In this document: positions 20,806 through 34,693 of the stretch, in pieces
Layout of the letters: each line of letters starts with the position of its first letter
How positions within the stretch are numbered: position 1 is the first letter of the stretch
Assembly: GCA_000934665.2 (NCBI GenBank)
Contig: JYFJ02003355.1
Coordinates: 1-43,040, forward strand
Direction of reading: 5' to 3'
Origin: Catajapyx aquilonaris
Lineage: Eukaryota
Length of the DNA stretch: 43,040 nt
Made by a program: the position numbers and the translations under genes
The notes under the pieces: model-generated
What the model was told of the DNA's origin: nothing
Database searches by the model: none
The model's input: the letters and a program-made list of their open reading frames with translations, nothing else

Positions 20806-22624
20806 CATGTTTTTTTTATATAGAATAGGCACATTACTTTCCCTTTGTTCCGCACACTGGTCAACGTGGACCATTCTTACCACAAGTCACGAATGGCCCT
20901 GACTATTCGGAAAAGTGCTGATTCCCAGTAATTTCCTCGAGAGGCCAAATTCGGGGATTGCACCACTAGTAGATACTATTGCATGCACAAAGGGAGTTTA
21001 GATGGGGGGGGGGATATCCTGATGAATACATAAAGAAAGGCCAACGCCTTGTACGGGGCTGGATTAGGGTTAGTAGGACACCTGTCACTAACTGGATGCC
21101 TTCCAAAAAGTCCAAGGATGGTGATGTTATGATTTCAAAGAACGGCAAAAATCTGCACCGGCAAAATTCAACACGCGAGACAGGCCAAAGTGCACACTAG
21201 AGCGACCTCCAGATTTGGTTTAAAAAGCTGTTTCCTTTGAAGAACGGTTACATTCACTTTCCCGTAGGTGAAAGTTGATTTTTTTATGGATGTTATCTGA
21301 GATGTCATCAGATTGTCCTGCACTGGATGAGAAGACTATAATGACTAGGGGCAAATACCGCTTCTATAGGCAAATTATTCGCTATAATGAACTCAAGGCC
21401 AAGGTTGTTTCCTCCTATTAGCTTGAAGTCCCCTTCGGATCCGTCACATGTGTTACCTAACAAATCAGTGACCAAAAAATCCGCAAAGTCACCTCACATT
21501 TGAAACCTCAGTGGCCAAAAATCGCAAATGTTATTAATTTTTCCAATTTGAATTTTGGGCAAAATATTGTTGATTTCACGTGAATCTTTCAATAGATGAC
21601 AAAACTCACCCTGCTGGTCCAGGCAGAACCTTCCCTCTAAATGAGAAGCTGAGCACCAGACTGCAGCTGAGTACGCTATGGACCCTTGCCTTTCTATGAG
21701 GCAGCATTTATGCTCCAGAGAGCCATCTCCCGGTGGAGTTGCACGTGGGGGAATTCCCAGAAATCCCGACGTAGTATCGCAAGCCCTGGGAAACTACGTG
21801 TCGAGAGCGTCATCATCCTGGAAAGGAGGGGTCAGCTACCAATAGGCGATTGTTTGGCCGGATGAAAAGGACCTCATTTGGAGATGGAGGTGTGGCCATT
21901 TTCCGGAAGTCAATTAATCAAAGTCAAGTTCATCAGGTGTACGAACCATGTAAACAAAATTGCTACACTACTTTTTTTTCCAATGTTATGAAAGTTGTTA
22001 CAGGGTCGTTATTGGGCACAGGTAATCCGTGCGTAATTGTTGGCGAACGTGAGAGTGATTCGCATCCTGATGTGCGAGTGGCATGTGGGATTACGCAAGT
22101 GTTACGCTTGGATGACAGTAAAAACATGACTGGAATAGTCTCGTTAATGGCCAGAGTCAAGAAACGATGTGTATAGAGCTTCATCCACTTTAGATCAGAT
22201 GATGGCTAATCATATACAGGATGTTCAAATTGTAATGTCAACTATACTAATGAATTCATCCATCAAGAGTTTTTCTGAAAAACTGAGTGACTATCGGTGA
22301 CTAATTCGGTAAGTTATTCAGCATATGGCCCATTGTGTTGTGTGAGCAAATACTTGTGGCATGAAATCGGTGCCCATGCAGCATACTCATGCCATATGAA
22401 CCAATGAGTTTGCTTATTCAAATAGGAGTGTCAGTGACCGCTGGACTTCATTCATTGCCGGTACAGGGTTATTCATAGTGATTCAGACCAACTTCTGGGT
22501 TGAAAGCACAGGAGAATAATATGGCCTGTCGAAATGCCATCTAGTCTCCGGAGCTTCGTTACTACAGTAAAATATTTATCATTAATCAAAGTGTGCAAAA
22601 GAATATCGCCTATGTCGCTGATAC

Positions 22625-22795
22625 ATTCCCCCGTATAATAATATAGCCTTATCTTTTTCGCAGCCTCTGGAACGCTCCGGAAGGAGAAGGGTCCCTATAG
22701 TGCGAGTGCTGCCACCTTCTGATCGCGGCGGAAAGATGGAAGGGCCCCTGGTGAGTGCTGCCACCTTGCCAAATTTTGGCTACGGGTGCGCTAGT
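22625..22795 (-). repeat. Dispersed repeat, copy 1 (inverted relative to 33716-33856)
   Basis: Its reverse complement matches 33716-33856, including ACTAGCGCACCCGTAGCCAAAATTTGGCAAGGTGGCAGCACTCACCAGGGGCCC exactly. The internal AAGGTGGCAGCACTC motif occurs twice per copy. Confidence 0.85.
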
Positions 22796-25700
22796 CATAT
22801 GATACTTTTATTGCCTCAAAAATTGCTAGCTACACCTAAGAGACGCGCATGACAAACCCTCGTTGTCTGATGCACCAAGTGTATTGGCAAAAAATGTTTC
22901 TTTGGAGTCATTCTATAATTCCGCCGTGCATATACTATTTTTGTAATTAATGTATAAAACAAAAACGGATTTTCCGACCGAGCCTTGTAACTTATAAGTG
23001 GTATTTGGGACTGTATACCTTTCGCAATGAACAAAAGTCGCGGACCGTGTCGCCCCAGTTCTAAGATATTTACTGGAATGGCCTGTTAAGTTTTTAAACT
23101 TTCAACTCGTTGATTATCAGGATTTATTACCCGATAGTACCACTGCGAGCTACCAAGTACTGGATATTTATGCGCTGCAGATACGGAATTAACGGTTACT
23201 AGATAAGCCTGCTAAGAAAGTATTACAACATGTCTGTAATGCCTTGACCTTGCACAAGTTCAAAGATCAATCCATTTCATCATGGAGGCAGAGAGAGCTT
23301 TCTAATCCACTTCCACCAGTTACCATCTTAGAATGCAGCATTAAATTATAAATTAAATTAAAGTAATAAAATTATTATGCCACATTATTATTTGAAAAAT
23401 TCTGCTCGAGAGAAATTATAACTAATTAGTCACTATCAACCACCGCTTATAAATAGTTTTTAAATAGGGCATCACATTTATGGTCCATAACACTGTCGTT
23501 ATCCTACCACTTCGGGAAGGATGTAAAACCTAACTACAGCACCGTTGATATCACTACGGGAAGGGGAAGTCAGCCACATCTAAATTGCGGTGGGATTTCC
23601 ACGAGCTAAGGAAACCATATTTCCGCATACAACAAATCAAAGTAACAGAGCACGGACACAGCCACATTGCTTGCAATATTGATTCATGACATGACCACAT
23701 ACCTAGGCATGTAGATTTCGTACAAGGAAAATTCGCCTTTCCTCATTAGAATGGCCTGTAAAGTGATGTATCCATGCCAGAATCTCAATGATTGAATTGC
23801 GAAAAAAAATAGTTACTGACGGGATTTCCGACTAGTTCTCGTAAAACAAAAGGTCATAAACTGTTACATTTATGAGTTCATGAAAACAATACAGCGTGAG
23901 AGCTGAGAAAGGACTTGAACGTGCGATTTATCAGTGGTCAAAGTGCAGGTGACTGAGCAAAGCTGATATTTCTGGTTGATGCAACAGTATTTATCTTTAT
24001 CGGTACATTACCGTGTCGCATGTAAGGCGCAATCTCCATATGGATTTCTGGACGGTCCTGCGAAATAGGCGATAAAAACTTTACATAAACGAAATCCCCA
24101 CGTAACACAGTGACTCATGTGGTATAATATTTTTAGTTGCCCATGCACTATACATGAGCGTAGCTGACATGGAAGATCAGCGTGAATCCGCCATATTTGC
24201 ATTATGAGTGAAATTGCGTTTAATTTTATTATACGCTTTATGTTACCATATTTACAATTAAACACTGGAAATTCATTGGAAATATAATGACTTAGGTAAT
24301 ACAGCTCGCTATTTATCGCTATTTATTTGTAAAGTGATATTATGTAGAACATTCATTAAACTACCCACTTTCCTTATGAATACTGTAGTTTTGTCTCTCG
24401 ATCGTATCGTCACGTCACGGTCCGTCACGCTTGTGTGGGAAAAGAGGTAGGTTTGATGACAACATGACTGATCATGAGACTGTCACTTTACGATCTGTAC
24501 GTGGGCTTCCCGTTGCCTCTGATTCAATCAGTGATCACATCTGATATATGGATGGAGGCCAGATTTAGCGTGGGGAAGAAAATTAGTCGAAGCAATTTCT
24601 CTTACCAATAAGCGTACACATTTATTCCAAAACAAGGAAATATTTGCCAGGTTCTACGCTACGACGCCAAATTGCATCACGAGTCACACCATATTCCATG
24701 AACCGTGAATGACTCATATTTTGCTTGCAAAAGTCTCTTACCCATTTGCACGTCTCGCAGTTCCTTGGCAAACTTATATGAAACCATCTGTTATGAACTT
24801 CATGACACAATATTCTCAAAAATTAGATGGGTTCTGGATGATAATTTTTCTATGACTACAGATTGTGAAATCACAATAATCTAATATTTTAGTCAATTTT
24901 CAATATTATCGCAGGCTAACACCTCTATTTCAAATGGAAACGACATGGTCGTGCGGAGGGATGCATACATGCCAGGATACTTTCTGCTTTGGGATTGGAT
25001 ACCTAACATAGTTATAGAGCCTGAAATAATTGTTTCAAGGCGAATTACTATTGGTTGCTTGTAGTGCCATGTTTCATTCGCAGATGGCACCTAACTCTTC
25101 GCTGTGTAGTTTCACATCCAGACAGTGCTGCTTCGTAGTGCCACCAGATGCCTCGAGTAGCCTGTATCCATGGCTTCAAAGGTGTGGTTGATTCAAGGGG
25201 AGGCCAAAGCCCTGCTCCCCTGACCCACTTCCTACCATTCGTGTGGGGAGATATATACAGTATAAAAAAAGAGGGGGTGGTACAGGGCTCTTAAGTGGGG
25301 GTGGTGGGTAGGTGTCGCAATTTTCTCCAGGGAAAACTTTACCGTTGGTGAGCACTGTAGATTAATTGGTGCGGACTGTGTAATTTGCGGGGATGTTGAG
25401 GGATTTCCCAACAGGGGAGACTTTGATCATTACTAAGAGCACGTGGCCGCAGGGTGGGTTTTCATTTTTATTAAAGTCGGTCGTGCAAATTTAGGACGAG
25501 CGTTCTACATCTCCCAACACGTCATGAAACCATTCCTCCTCACATCACCCCCTACTGAGAGATCAGATAAGGCCACTTGAGCACATATCGCATCCATCCT
25601 TATGATCTTGGAGCATTTTTTTTGGTGTGCTGGGGGTCGGGGTGCCTCCAGGCGAATTAGCCTAGTAATCAATGGCGACACCAATCACATGATTCAACAA

Positions 25701-28700
25701 GGTCAGGTCGTGACGAGTAGGCAAGGACACATAGGTCACACTTAATATATTCTCCGGAGTGGTATTATAAGTGCTCCAAGCAGGAGATTAATGCTCAAGA
25801 ACTGGGGCACAGAAGTTTGATCACTGCTATCTATAATCCTACTGCAGAAGGTAACAGTTATTTTTTTGAATGAAAATGCATTACTGGCCACACCTGGTAG
25901 GTAATTAATCTCCGAAGCTGCCGCATTTGGGTCGTGGGAATAGGATATCCGATGATCGTTCGTTTGGAAACAGTAGCTTATACAATCGACAGCAGTCATG
26001 CACATCTTATTGTAAGTCGAATTTTTAAAATGCGGGCCAGTTTTCATTGCGGTCAAATTATCTGAGCAACAAGTTCACCTGCTGTATACACACAGTACCG
26101 TTTTAGTTGTACAACCTGTTATACTAGAAAATCGTGAAATGCCACTAGAACGCTATATTTTCGCATATTTACCTGTCGTCTATAAAACAAGGTGTTGAGC
26201 ACCATGTAGATACATGGTGTGATGGTGTAGGAATCCGGCAAACTTTGTAACCTTCTAAAGGTTTCTTGATGTTGTAGCGCCACAGTACAGTCATACATTC
26301 ACAACTGGATGCACAATAGACATATACATTGATTCCCAATCGATGTGTCAGAATATTTTAATACCGAATAACGGATCCTGTCAGTGATGATGCAGAAGTG
26401 TGCCTTCCACGTACCCAGCCTTAGAGTGCGCCCAATTTCAGGTTTAATTGAGTCTAGGGATATCTTGTGATAATGAACAATTGAGGGTGTGCTTCCCAGT
26501 CCGTTCCGCTAAAGTCGAAATTTACCACGGATTAGTCACACTCGCGTCGACCAACGTACGATTCTTCCTGGACTTTTTTTTTCCCCCGCAGCAGTTTCTT
26601 CATGACATTATGTCTCAAGTTCCGCCAGTCATTAGCAACTTAGCGATTTGACTAATTTTGATGTATATTTTAAAGTTTATATTTTACCAAGCCAGCAAGA
26701 GTGATGTAAAAAAAATCAGTGGATGATTTGAACGACTCTGGTTCAATCTCCTGTAGGTGTGAAAACAATCCAGGCAGTGTCTGCCAAATAATAAGAATAT
26801 AGGCACGCCTATCACGACCTGTCCGCCATCAATCGAGCTCATAATAGTGGAAGGCATCCGCGGCCTATTTCGATCCCGCATCGATGAAAGTGACGACTCC
26901 CTCTAGTGATACTGATGGGTTAGTTTCGGGGACAAGGAAGTCTGACCATCATCATGTGACATATACCGCACATGTTGCACAATATACGTGTGTAGTCCAT
27001 AAAGCCAATGCTGCTTTTGTGTGACCCAAAAAATTCCGCCCTGTTGGACATCCCGCATGCATTAGATTGGCAGGAACATGACGTTTGTATCGTTGTGTGT
27101 TCGGCATTATTAGGACGCCATATAGCGACGTCGTGTCCCTGTACTGAGTCGGTACAACACGGCATAACCCATGAATTGCTGGGCTGGTAGAAAGCGTGAG
27201 AACCGAAGAGACACGGGCGGGGACGTTGCAGTAAGTGTGACATCACGTTTTTGCTAGTAGATAAGTACCGAAAATTTCACTCCTCAGTAATTACCCGCAA
27301 TTAATGGCAGTGTAAGATTGAATCTTCAGCCAGATAATGCTGTACAAAGTCATCGCGTGAATTACGAGAGTAAGCACGAAGTAATGACACTTTTTCGGAT
27401 GAGGTGTGATGACTTGCCCCAGAAAACATCCATGGAGGAAACGGGGCAGGTAGCAGTCAGTCAACCCTGCTGGTTGCCACGGGTCCATCATCCTCTTATA
27501 CGGGAGACCGCCAACAGGGAAGATTACACCAAGGAAAATCGGACTAGAGATTAGAAAAAATGGAGTAAAAAAAAATGGAGAGTCAGGGTTGACCCAGGAC
27601 CGTTTTGATGTAACGGATATCTCAGCATCCTCTCCAGATCTGCAGACTCATTTCAGATAGTGGCTGTGTCAGGGTGCCAGCTGAAACAACAAGGTCGCGA
27701 TGGGTGATAATTACAGAGGAGTAAAGTAGCGTTTTGGATGGTAATGGAATACGGATGATTATTATTAATGCGGTCACATTTACGCCGGGGGTGGGTTCTG
27801 AGGTATTGAATTACCGGCCTAATTATATGGGACAGGAGAATCAGGAGTGCACTCTGTAGGTTGCGTCATAATAGTTCAGACACACTTCTAGGGAGAACTA
27901 CTAGAGGAAAGAGATCACTTTTTGTATAGAGGTGTCACTTGGTATCCCTGATGTAAATACCCTGGCGGGTATGCATCCCTCCGTGCGACCTTCCTTTTTA
28001 ACATGAATGCGTCAATGAACCCTTCGTTTGTTGTTTGTTATTGACATACTAGTGATGCTTGCAATTTTGATGCAAGTATGCCAAAGAGTGATGTTTGCTT
28101 TCTCAATTGTTTTGAGTGATGTTCACTTTTTTCTATACTGGAAAATAGAACCCATTTTTGGTATGAATATTTTTCCTAACTAAATCAGGTTTCATAGTAG
28201 TTTTCAATTGATTGAAATCATTTATTTAACCGACGGAAAAGATGTGATAAAAACTACCCAAAATAATTCAGAGGGCAGCAGGTATTCTTGGTATTTTAAA
28301 TATCTCGTGAGAATTTCATACTGATAAGAAAGATACAACGAATACGCTTCAAGGGATTGATTTAGAAATGAAAAAAACAGCATCATTATAGAAAATAATC
28401 GTTGTAAGCATTTTTCTATCATTGGACAGGTATTTTAACTGTAAATCATAAATAATCTAAGTTTTTGTGTTAGTTTATCCCGACATTATACACAATCTTT
28501 TACGACATCCACATTAAAAATTTTTTTGCCCCGCAACATTGTATTTGCCAGCTGGCATTTTAGTGTATTGATACATTATAACATTATTAATTTGAACCTA
28601 TGCGAAAAAAAACCGACTTCAAGGCCTGAGTCTTGTCACCAAGTCGTGATTATATTTCATGGAAAAGGTCTGGGTAAAACCTAGTGGAGGGCAAGTACAA

Positions 28701-29063
28701 GCATTGTTCCGCTCTCGTGCTTCCCTGACAAACGGATAGTGACACGAGAAATAATATTCACACCCAAGTTAAGTGCCGTCACTCAGGTAATGGCCTCACG
28801 TGCTTTTGAGCTGAAACGGAATGGTTGTGGTCTGCGCGAAATTAACCGTGGGCAAGGCAGCGACCTCCAGCTTTTCCTCAATAATCCTTGTTACACTTTT
28901 CTGCTTCCTAAATGCTAGAAAAAGTCTTCCTTCGGATGCCAACTATGACACCGTGAAGGAGTCAGTCGTAAAAATCATTGACAATCGGGGTCATACAGAA
29001 GACAAATTGCACTCGGGACTTGGCGTGGTGCATCCGCAGTTGGAGTCGGAGTTGGACTCCACC

Positions 29064-29121
29064 CGCCAATGAGCGCGAGGCGGCAGCTGTCGCGACAGCT
29101 GCCGCCTCGCGCTCATTGGCG
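29064..29121. repeat. Perfect 58-bp GC-rich palindrome with no spacer
   Basis: CGCCAATGAGCGCGAGGCGGCAGCTGTCG followed directly by CGACAGCTGCCGCCTCGCGCTCATTGGCG, its exact reverse complement. Confidence 0.95.
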
Positions 29122-29439
29122 ACTCCAACAGACGTAGCGTTGTAAATAGCCAAGGCATGCGTTATGGTAAATACAGAATGAAAATGATGTGTAAGATACA
29201 CAAATTTCACTCTTGATTGCATGAGGTTGTGCGATATGATTTGTACGTCGTACAAATTACACTGTTGATTGCTGACATACTATGTTTACGCCCAAGAATA
29301 ATGATAAAAAATGGCGATGAAACTCTGTGCTCTACTCAACAGCTTCATTTTCCGCCTTCACTTTTTTAGTCCCATCTAATTGCCCCGTACTTAACTACAG
29401 GCTGGTCCCAAATACAATCCATCATAATAACCTTGATAG

Positions 29440-29860
29440 AGAAATCAAGCCAACACGCCAACTCCTTCAGGACATCCACTAATGAACAGTAAAGCTCCAA
29501 GACATGACTTCCTCCTTCCGTCACCATTTGAGCATCCAAATAAATCGCAATCACTCTAACGCGAATTTCTGCAACTTACACTCTTTTCAAGCACCCTGCG
29601 TCATACGAATGGGCAGATTAGGGATTCTAGGGGTGTTGGTAATGAAGCCATCCATCGCTGGACATGTCTGGAGAAACACGGTCCAGGGAGACTTACTACT
29701 AGAAGAAAGTAGGACCCTAAACGTCGGTAGTTTTCCATTGCTCCTTCACCGCGCTGATACCCATCTAAGTCCTTACGACCATACACAACTCGTCTTCTGG
29801 GAGAAGTACAAGAGACACGGCCTTCTGTCACTCCCTACCGGATAAATTACCCCATCCTTC
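29440..29860 (-). mobile_element. Possible heavily decayed non-LTR retrotransposon ORF1 (gag-like) remnant
   Basis: The broken translation NGKLPTFRVLL...PWTVFL followed by scattered C/H residues loosely recalls an I/Jockey ORF1. It contains stops and frameshifts. Confidence 0.2.
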
Positions 29861-32800
29861 CGCCTTCGTACTGTTTTTTTTTTTCTTAGGCGAAGTCGTT
29901 CAGAGGAAAACAGGTTCATGATTACAGGGCTGGGGCTTTCCACTTGATTCTTCTGCCAATTGCGAGTTCGGACGGGGTTGTGGCCCGCCAAATGGTAGTT
30001 TTCACTGCGAAAATAATTGCCATTTTGGTGTGATTTACTTGCTGGAGCGATAATGCTGACCTGGGTCGGGCGGGGTGATCGGAGGGTTTCCCTTTTGGTT
30101 CGTGGTTCATGTGGTCAGAGAGATATTGGATGGGGCTGACATGGCAAGAGGGGGGGTTGCAAAATGGGTCAAATTGGTAACGTTCAGCTGGGTTCTGGAC
30201 CGGTAAAACACGTCGGTTTTGCTGGTTTTTATGAGCATGTAGAACCTGTGACTCACTACATTCTGATGTGATACAGTGTTCCAAGGAGCGTCCAAGATGT
30301 TTGCGGAAGAAATTTTTTAAAGAAACATCATAATCACATTTTAGTGATAGATTCAAATATTTCTAGAATTTGTATATAAAAACAATAATTCTAATAATGT
30401 CATGGGTACAGGCTATAAATTCTAAGAAAGTATTGTACAATCGACATTGAATATGGATCAGTGGATATAAGCAGCACGTGTTTTGTCCTCCATGTTCGTT
30501 GAGCTCATTAATGTGCAACTCCATGCAGCGTTTTGTAACGTGTCCCAATTACTAATCTAACATTAAAGACAAGAGCGCCATTGTTGTAAATTGTCAGTCA
30601 CCCCCGGTTAATTAAATAAGTGCTCTGATACTCGCGTGTAAAATTTATGGAGCCATTATTATCCGATAGAGCCATGATCTACAGGGATCCCTGTTACACT
30701 TCATAGTAATTATTTTAGTTTCGCAACAATTACCTGGACGTCGTTAGCCGCCAATATAAAAAAAGGGACTCAATCGCCCCTTGGCAAAGTAGAGCGAGGT
30801 AATTGCTTCTGCTGAGAGATCCACACCCAGCCCTCGATAGGTCCCCACCCGACCCTCCGGCCATGCATCGAGAACATGTATGACAAGTGGTGCTACCGAA
30901 GAAATCTGCATGTGTGATATTTCCTTATTCGCCAAACACTTATCTGATTTGAGCATTAATAGGTTGCAAGTCTTCTAATAGGTAAATTGTGATAAATCAC
31001 GTCCGTTCCACCGCTTCCATTTTCGCACCGTAGGGAAATTCATGGGGCAACCGGAAATTTAAACAATTACAGAAGTGATGCAAACAGGGGTAAGTACCTA
31101 GAAAAAAAAATGGTAGCACCGGGTTCATGGACCACGGTTTGGCAGGAAACTCATTTAGGCACAAAGCAATGAGGTTAATGATTGATCTGTGTGACTAGAT
31201 AAGCCCGGTTTCTAGTTCGGTATTCAGCGCGGGATGTTACAATATATGATAATGCTGCTAATTACTAATGTTGGTCATGTAAAATTGTTATGCTTCCGCC
31301 AGTAATTATGCGTAAGACATGACTGGCCAATTCTTCCGCCAGCTCAGTTTCTACCACTATTCAGTTCAACATGGGCAAATATCGCCAATTATCAATTATG
31401 ATGTTCCAATACGGCCTGCTGGACATGACCACGCTATTTTCCGGGCCGCTGGACAAAGACTTGAATAGTGAAATGACGAGGCACCAGCCGCAACAAAAGT
31501 GTGCCCAACTCAAAAATCTCCTTTGTGACACAACACCCAATATGGTCTCCCTGGTACTCTATTCACCTGGCCCACTTTTCCGACGCTCTTTTGTTTAGTA
31601 TAATGAACGTGGGGGGCTGCGGCGGTAGCTGCAAGAACTTGCCCAAGTTGAACGCATGCACGATTATTCCAGCTCCTGGAGGGGCTATGCCTACATATCG
31701 GGACTCACCTTGGATACTCATTAACTACCGAAGCGGAGATAACGGATACATAATGGAGGGACCTTGCGGCGGTTTGGGCTAAGTCACCGCAGCCTCTTTG
31801 TTTGAGATCTGCGGACAGAGGGTTTGTAAATCTGGCTGGACGCTACTGTCAGAGGGTTTTCTAAAGAGATTTTTTTTTACGTATTTTTAGTCTTTGGCTG
31901 CGTCATCCTTGCTTGGAACCTCATACATTGTTCAAGGCTCGATTGTGCACATGCGCGGCCAATATGATGATCTGCGCATGCTCAGGTCCAGTTTCATCGA
32001 ATTAGGGACTGAACGTTAGACCCTGGTTAGACGATGAAATTTTTTAATCGCTTATTGTAGATATTGGACGAAACAATGTTGCGAGATGGCCCAACTGACA
32101 CATATACGTCATACTGGTACATGAAAAAAGTGAGGAGCGATTATCGTCACGATCTACTTGGGAATTCCCAAACGGAGTGATTAATCTGGAATACATCATA
32201 ACTATGATCTGACATCTAGCATGTAGAGTACTTGTAGAGTAATGCAGGGGGCTACGTGACTGAATTTCCAAGTGACAAAAGAACAACATCGTACATCTGC
32301 ATATTGGTACGACTCACTCATGCGGAGTGACCAATGGTCTCCCGGGGATGCCGTTTCTTTTCGAATGGATCGCCTGTGAAGTTTAGTCGTAAATAAAGTC
32401 GCAAGGTATTGCAGCCGCGTATTCTGTCAACACGTTTGGGTATCAGGTGTGAAGTGTTTGTGTACATTAATATATTTGTTACCAGCAGCTGAGACTGTGC
32501 TTGGGTTGACCCTATATATTCAATTTTGGGACTATATATGAGCAAATGTGTTTGAACACCATTTTAGGGACCAGGGAATGGTGAACTATACCAGTATATA
32601 GCTGCCAATAAACTTGAGTTGTGGCTTTCGAATACGGGTTCATTGGAATGATCATCACGCTCGAAAGCCATAGGACCACTCGTGCGTCAGGCAGGAAAGC
32701 CACATTCATTAAGACCCTTTAACCCCGTGCACTCCCACAGCATGAGTCGCTTCAGAGTGAATTTTCTCCAAGTTAACATACGTTTATATTGCTGGGCCAT

Positions 32801-33715
32801 CTTGTTGGGCCAGATTGCAATTCGAGATATAAGAAAAAGGGGGTAGTAATAGCGTTTGCACAAACCCTCCCTTGCCTCCGATCTTTGATTACACACAGAG
32901 CTTTCACTTAAATCTGCAAACACGAAGACTGGTGGCAAAATGCAAACAGATTTTAAGAATTTCGTGATCACCCTTTTATAAGAATAGCCCTCCTCCAGTC
33001 CGTAACAAAAGAAAAGAGAAATCATGGATCCCAAATTATGGTGTATTCGTGACTACTTATCGAGACTTAGGGTAGAAAGTAGGCATTTTCAACAGGTACC
33101 AAATTTGGCTCCCGATAAATACACCATTTGCAGAGTCATTCCTGCGACATTAATTTACTATCGCTTGACAGTAATTTTTCTGAACTACGCGGAAGTATAC
33201 AAGATTTATTGATAACGTTCACACTATTTAGCCTCGTTGGTTAGACCCGTGTCATCCCGGTACTCAGGATTACTTACGGAAGTGATGTTTATCGATAGCA
33301 TCAACCCAGCCCCGATTTGCTTTCTCCTCACACAATCAACGTGGGGTCTCAATAAGCATGGGTGTTCTTGTCTTCACGACAGTGCGGACCTCAGGAACCC
33401 CCGACCCATTCATATTGGCGTAGGAAAAATAGGGAGACAAGGCGTGGTTTGACATGCTAATGGAGTAGCTTCACTGGAAGAAGACGGATGAGCCGGTGGC
33501 CTCTGATCGTGATTGCTACTTGCAGCCTCAGGCTTTCTGTCATCTGGGCCGAGAGGGGGCAGGGGGAGGGGAGGGAGGAAAAAGAAGCGCAAGCATCAGT
33601 GATTTATGCTCCTTTCTGGCCGATGAACTCTGGTGTGAGACGGTGGCACAGTAGCACAGTATTCACAGGACTCTCGGGGAGGTCGGGTAAAAAAATCAGA
33701 AGTTAAATATTGCAT

Positions 33716-33856
33716 ACTAGCGCACCCGTAGCCAAAATTTGGCAAGGTGGCAGCACTCACCAGGGGCCCATCTTTCCGCCGCCATCAGAAGGTGGCAGCA
33801 CTCGCACCAGGCGTTCCAGAGGCAAAAAAAATAAGGCTATTATTATATGGGGGAAT
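33716..33856 (+). repeat. Dispersed repeat, copy 2 (inverted relative to 22625-22795)
   Basis: Near-identical to the reverse complement of 22625-22795, with a few indels. Confidence 0.85.
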
Positions 33857-34612
33857 AGGTTAGCCACGAACTAGCATCACAAACCGCATAGCCTCCTCCT
33901 GAGGTTCCCCCAACAATGCCATCTAGTGGATACCTGCCTGTATGAAAAAGTCGCATGTTTAGCAAGAATATTGATAGATGCGGTGACGTCGGAGGCGTCA
34001 CCGGCAAGACTAATTTGCTCGAGACACAAATTGTGACAAACAAATCATTCCTACGTTCCATTAATGGCGAAGACCTACTTGTTGTCGAGCTGGAAAACAA
34101 CACGTTTGTTAGCCACATTTCTTCGGCGGGCAGGAATGTAAATGAATTCGAACCGGTCCCAGGCGTCGTCTCTGTTACAGAAAAGTAATTCTATCATGGA
34201 TTTCTGTTGGTTCCACTCGGACGATTTTCCGGCCTGGATTTCACTATTCCAAAAAATATACGCGGTTTTTTTTTCTGTGGTTGTAAAAAGCGGGGACAAT
34301 AAATTAAGTGGGCGTGGCATGCGTCATCATCAGGCAATTACAAATTGAGTGGCCGGATCATTCCCTGATGGGCCTGGTGTCTTCATCACTGGATCAGCAC
34401 TGACCAGGCCGGTTTGGCCTGTGGTACGCAGGACACGCACAAGCAGAAGCTGATGCCCATAGAGAGGAAGTCCCCTCGGATACTAGTTGCGCAGGGTGGG
34501 CCCAACCCAAATTCAATAGGGGTTTCAAACTACGCCCATTGCAGCTTGTCTTCAGGAACGTGCCACTACCTGTATCCTTGATTGGGTAGAAACGCAACAT
34601 TTTTTAAATTCA

Positions 34613-34693
34613 AAAGACCACATTACCATATTTCGCTAAATGTAATTTTTTTTTCATCGAAAGACCACATTACCATATTTCGCTAAATGTAAT
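34613..34693. repeat. 34-bp direct repeat, two identical copies
   Basis: AAAGACCACATTACCATATTTCGCTAAATGTAAT at 34613-34646 and 34660-34693, with a 13-nt spacer. Confidence 0.9.

Noticed and set aside
34613..34693. CRISPR-like repeat
   Set aside because: Only two copies, a 13-nt low-complexity spacer, eukaryotic context and no cas genes.
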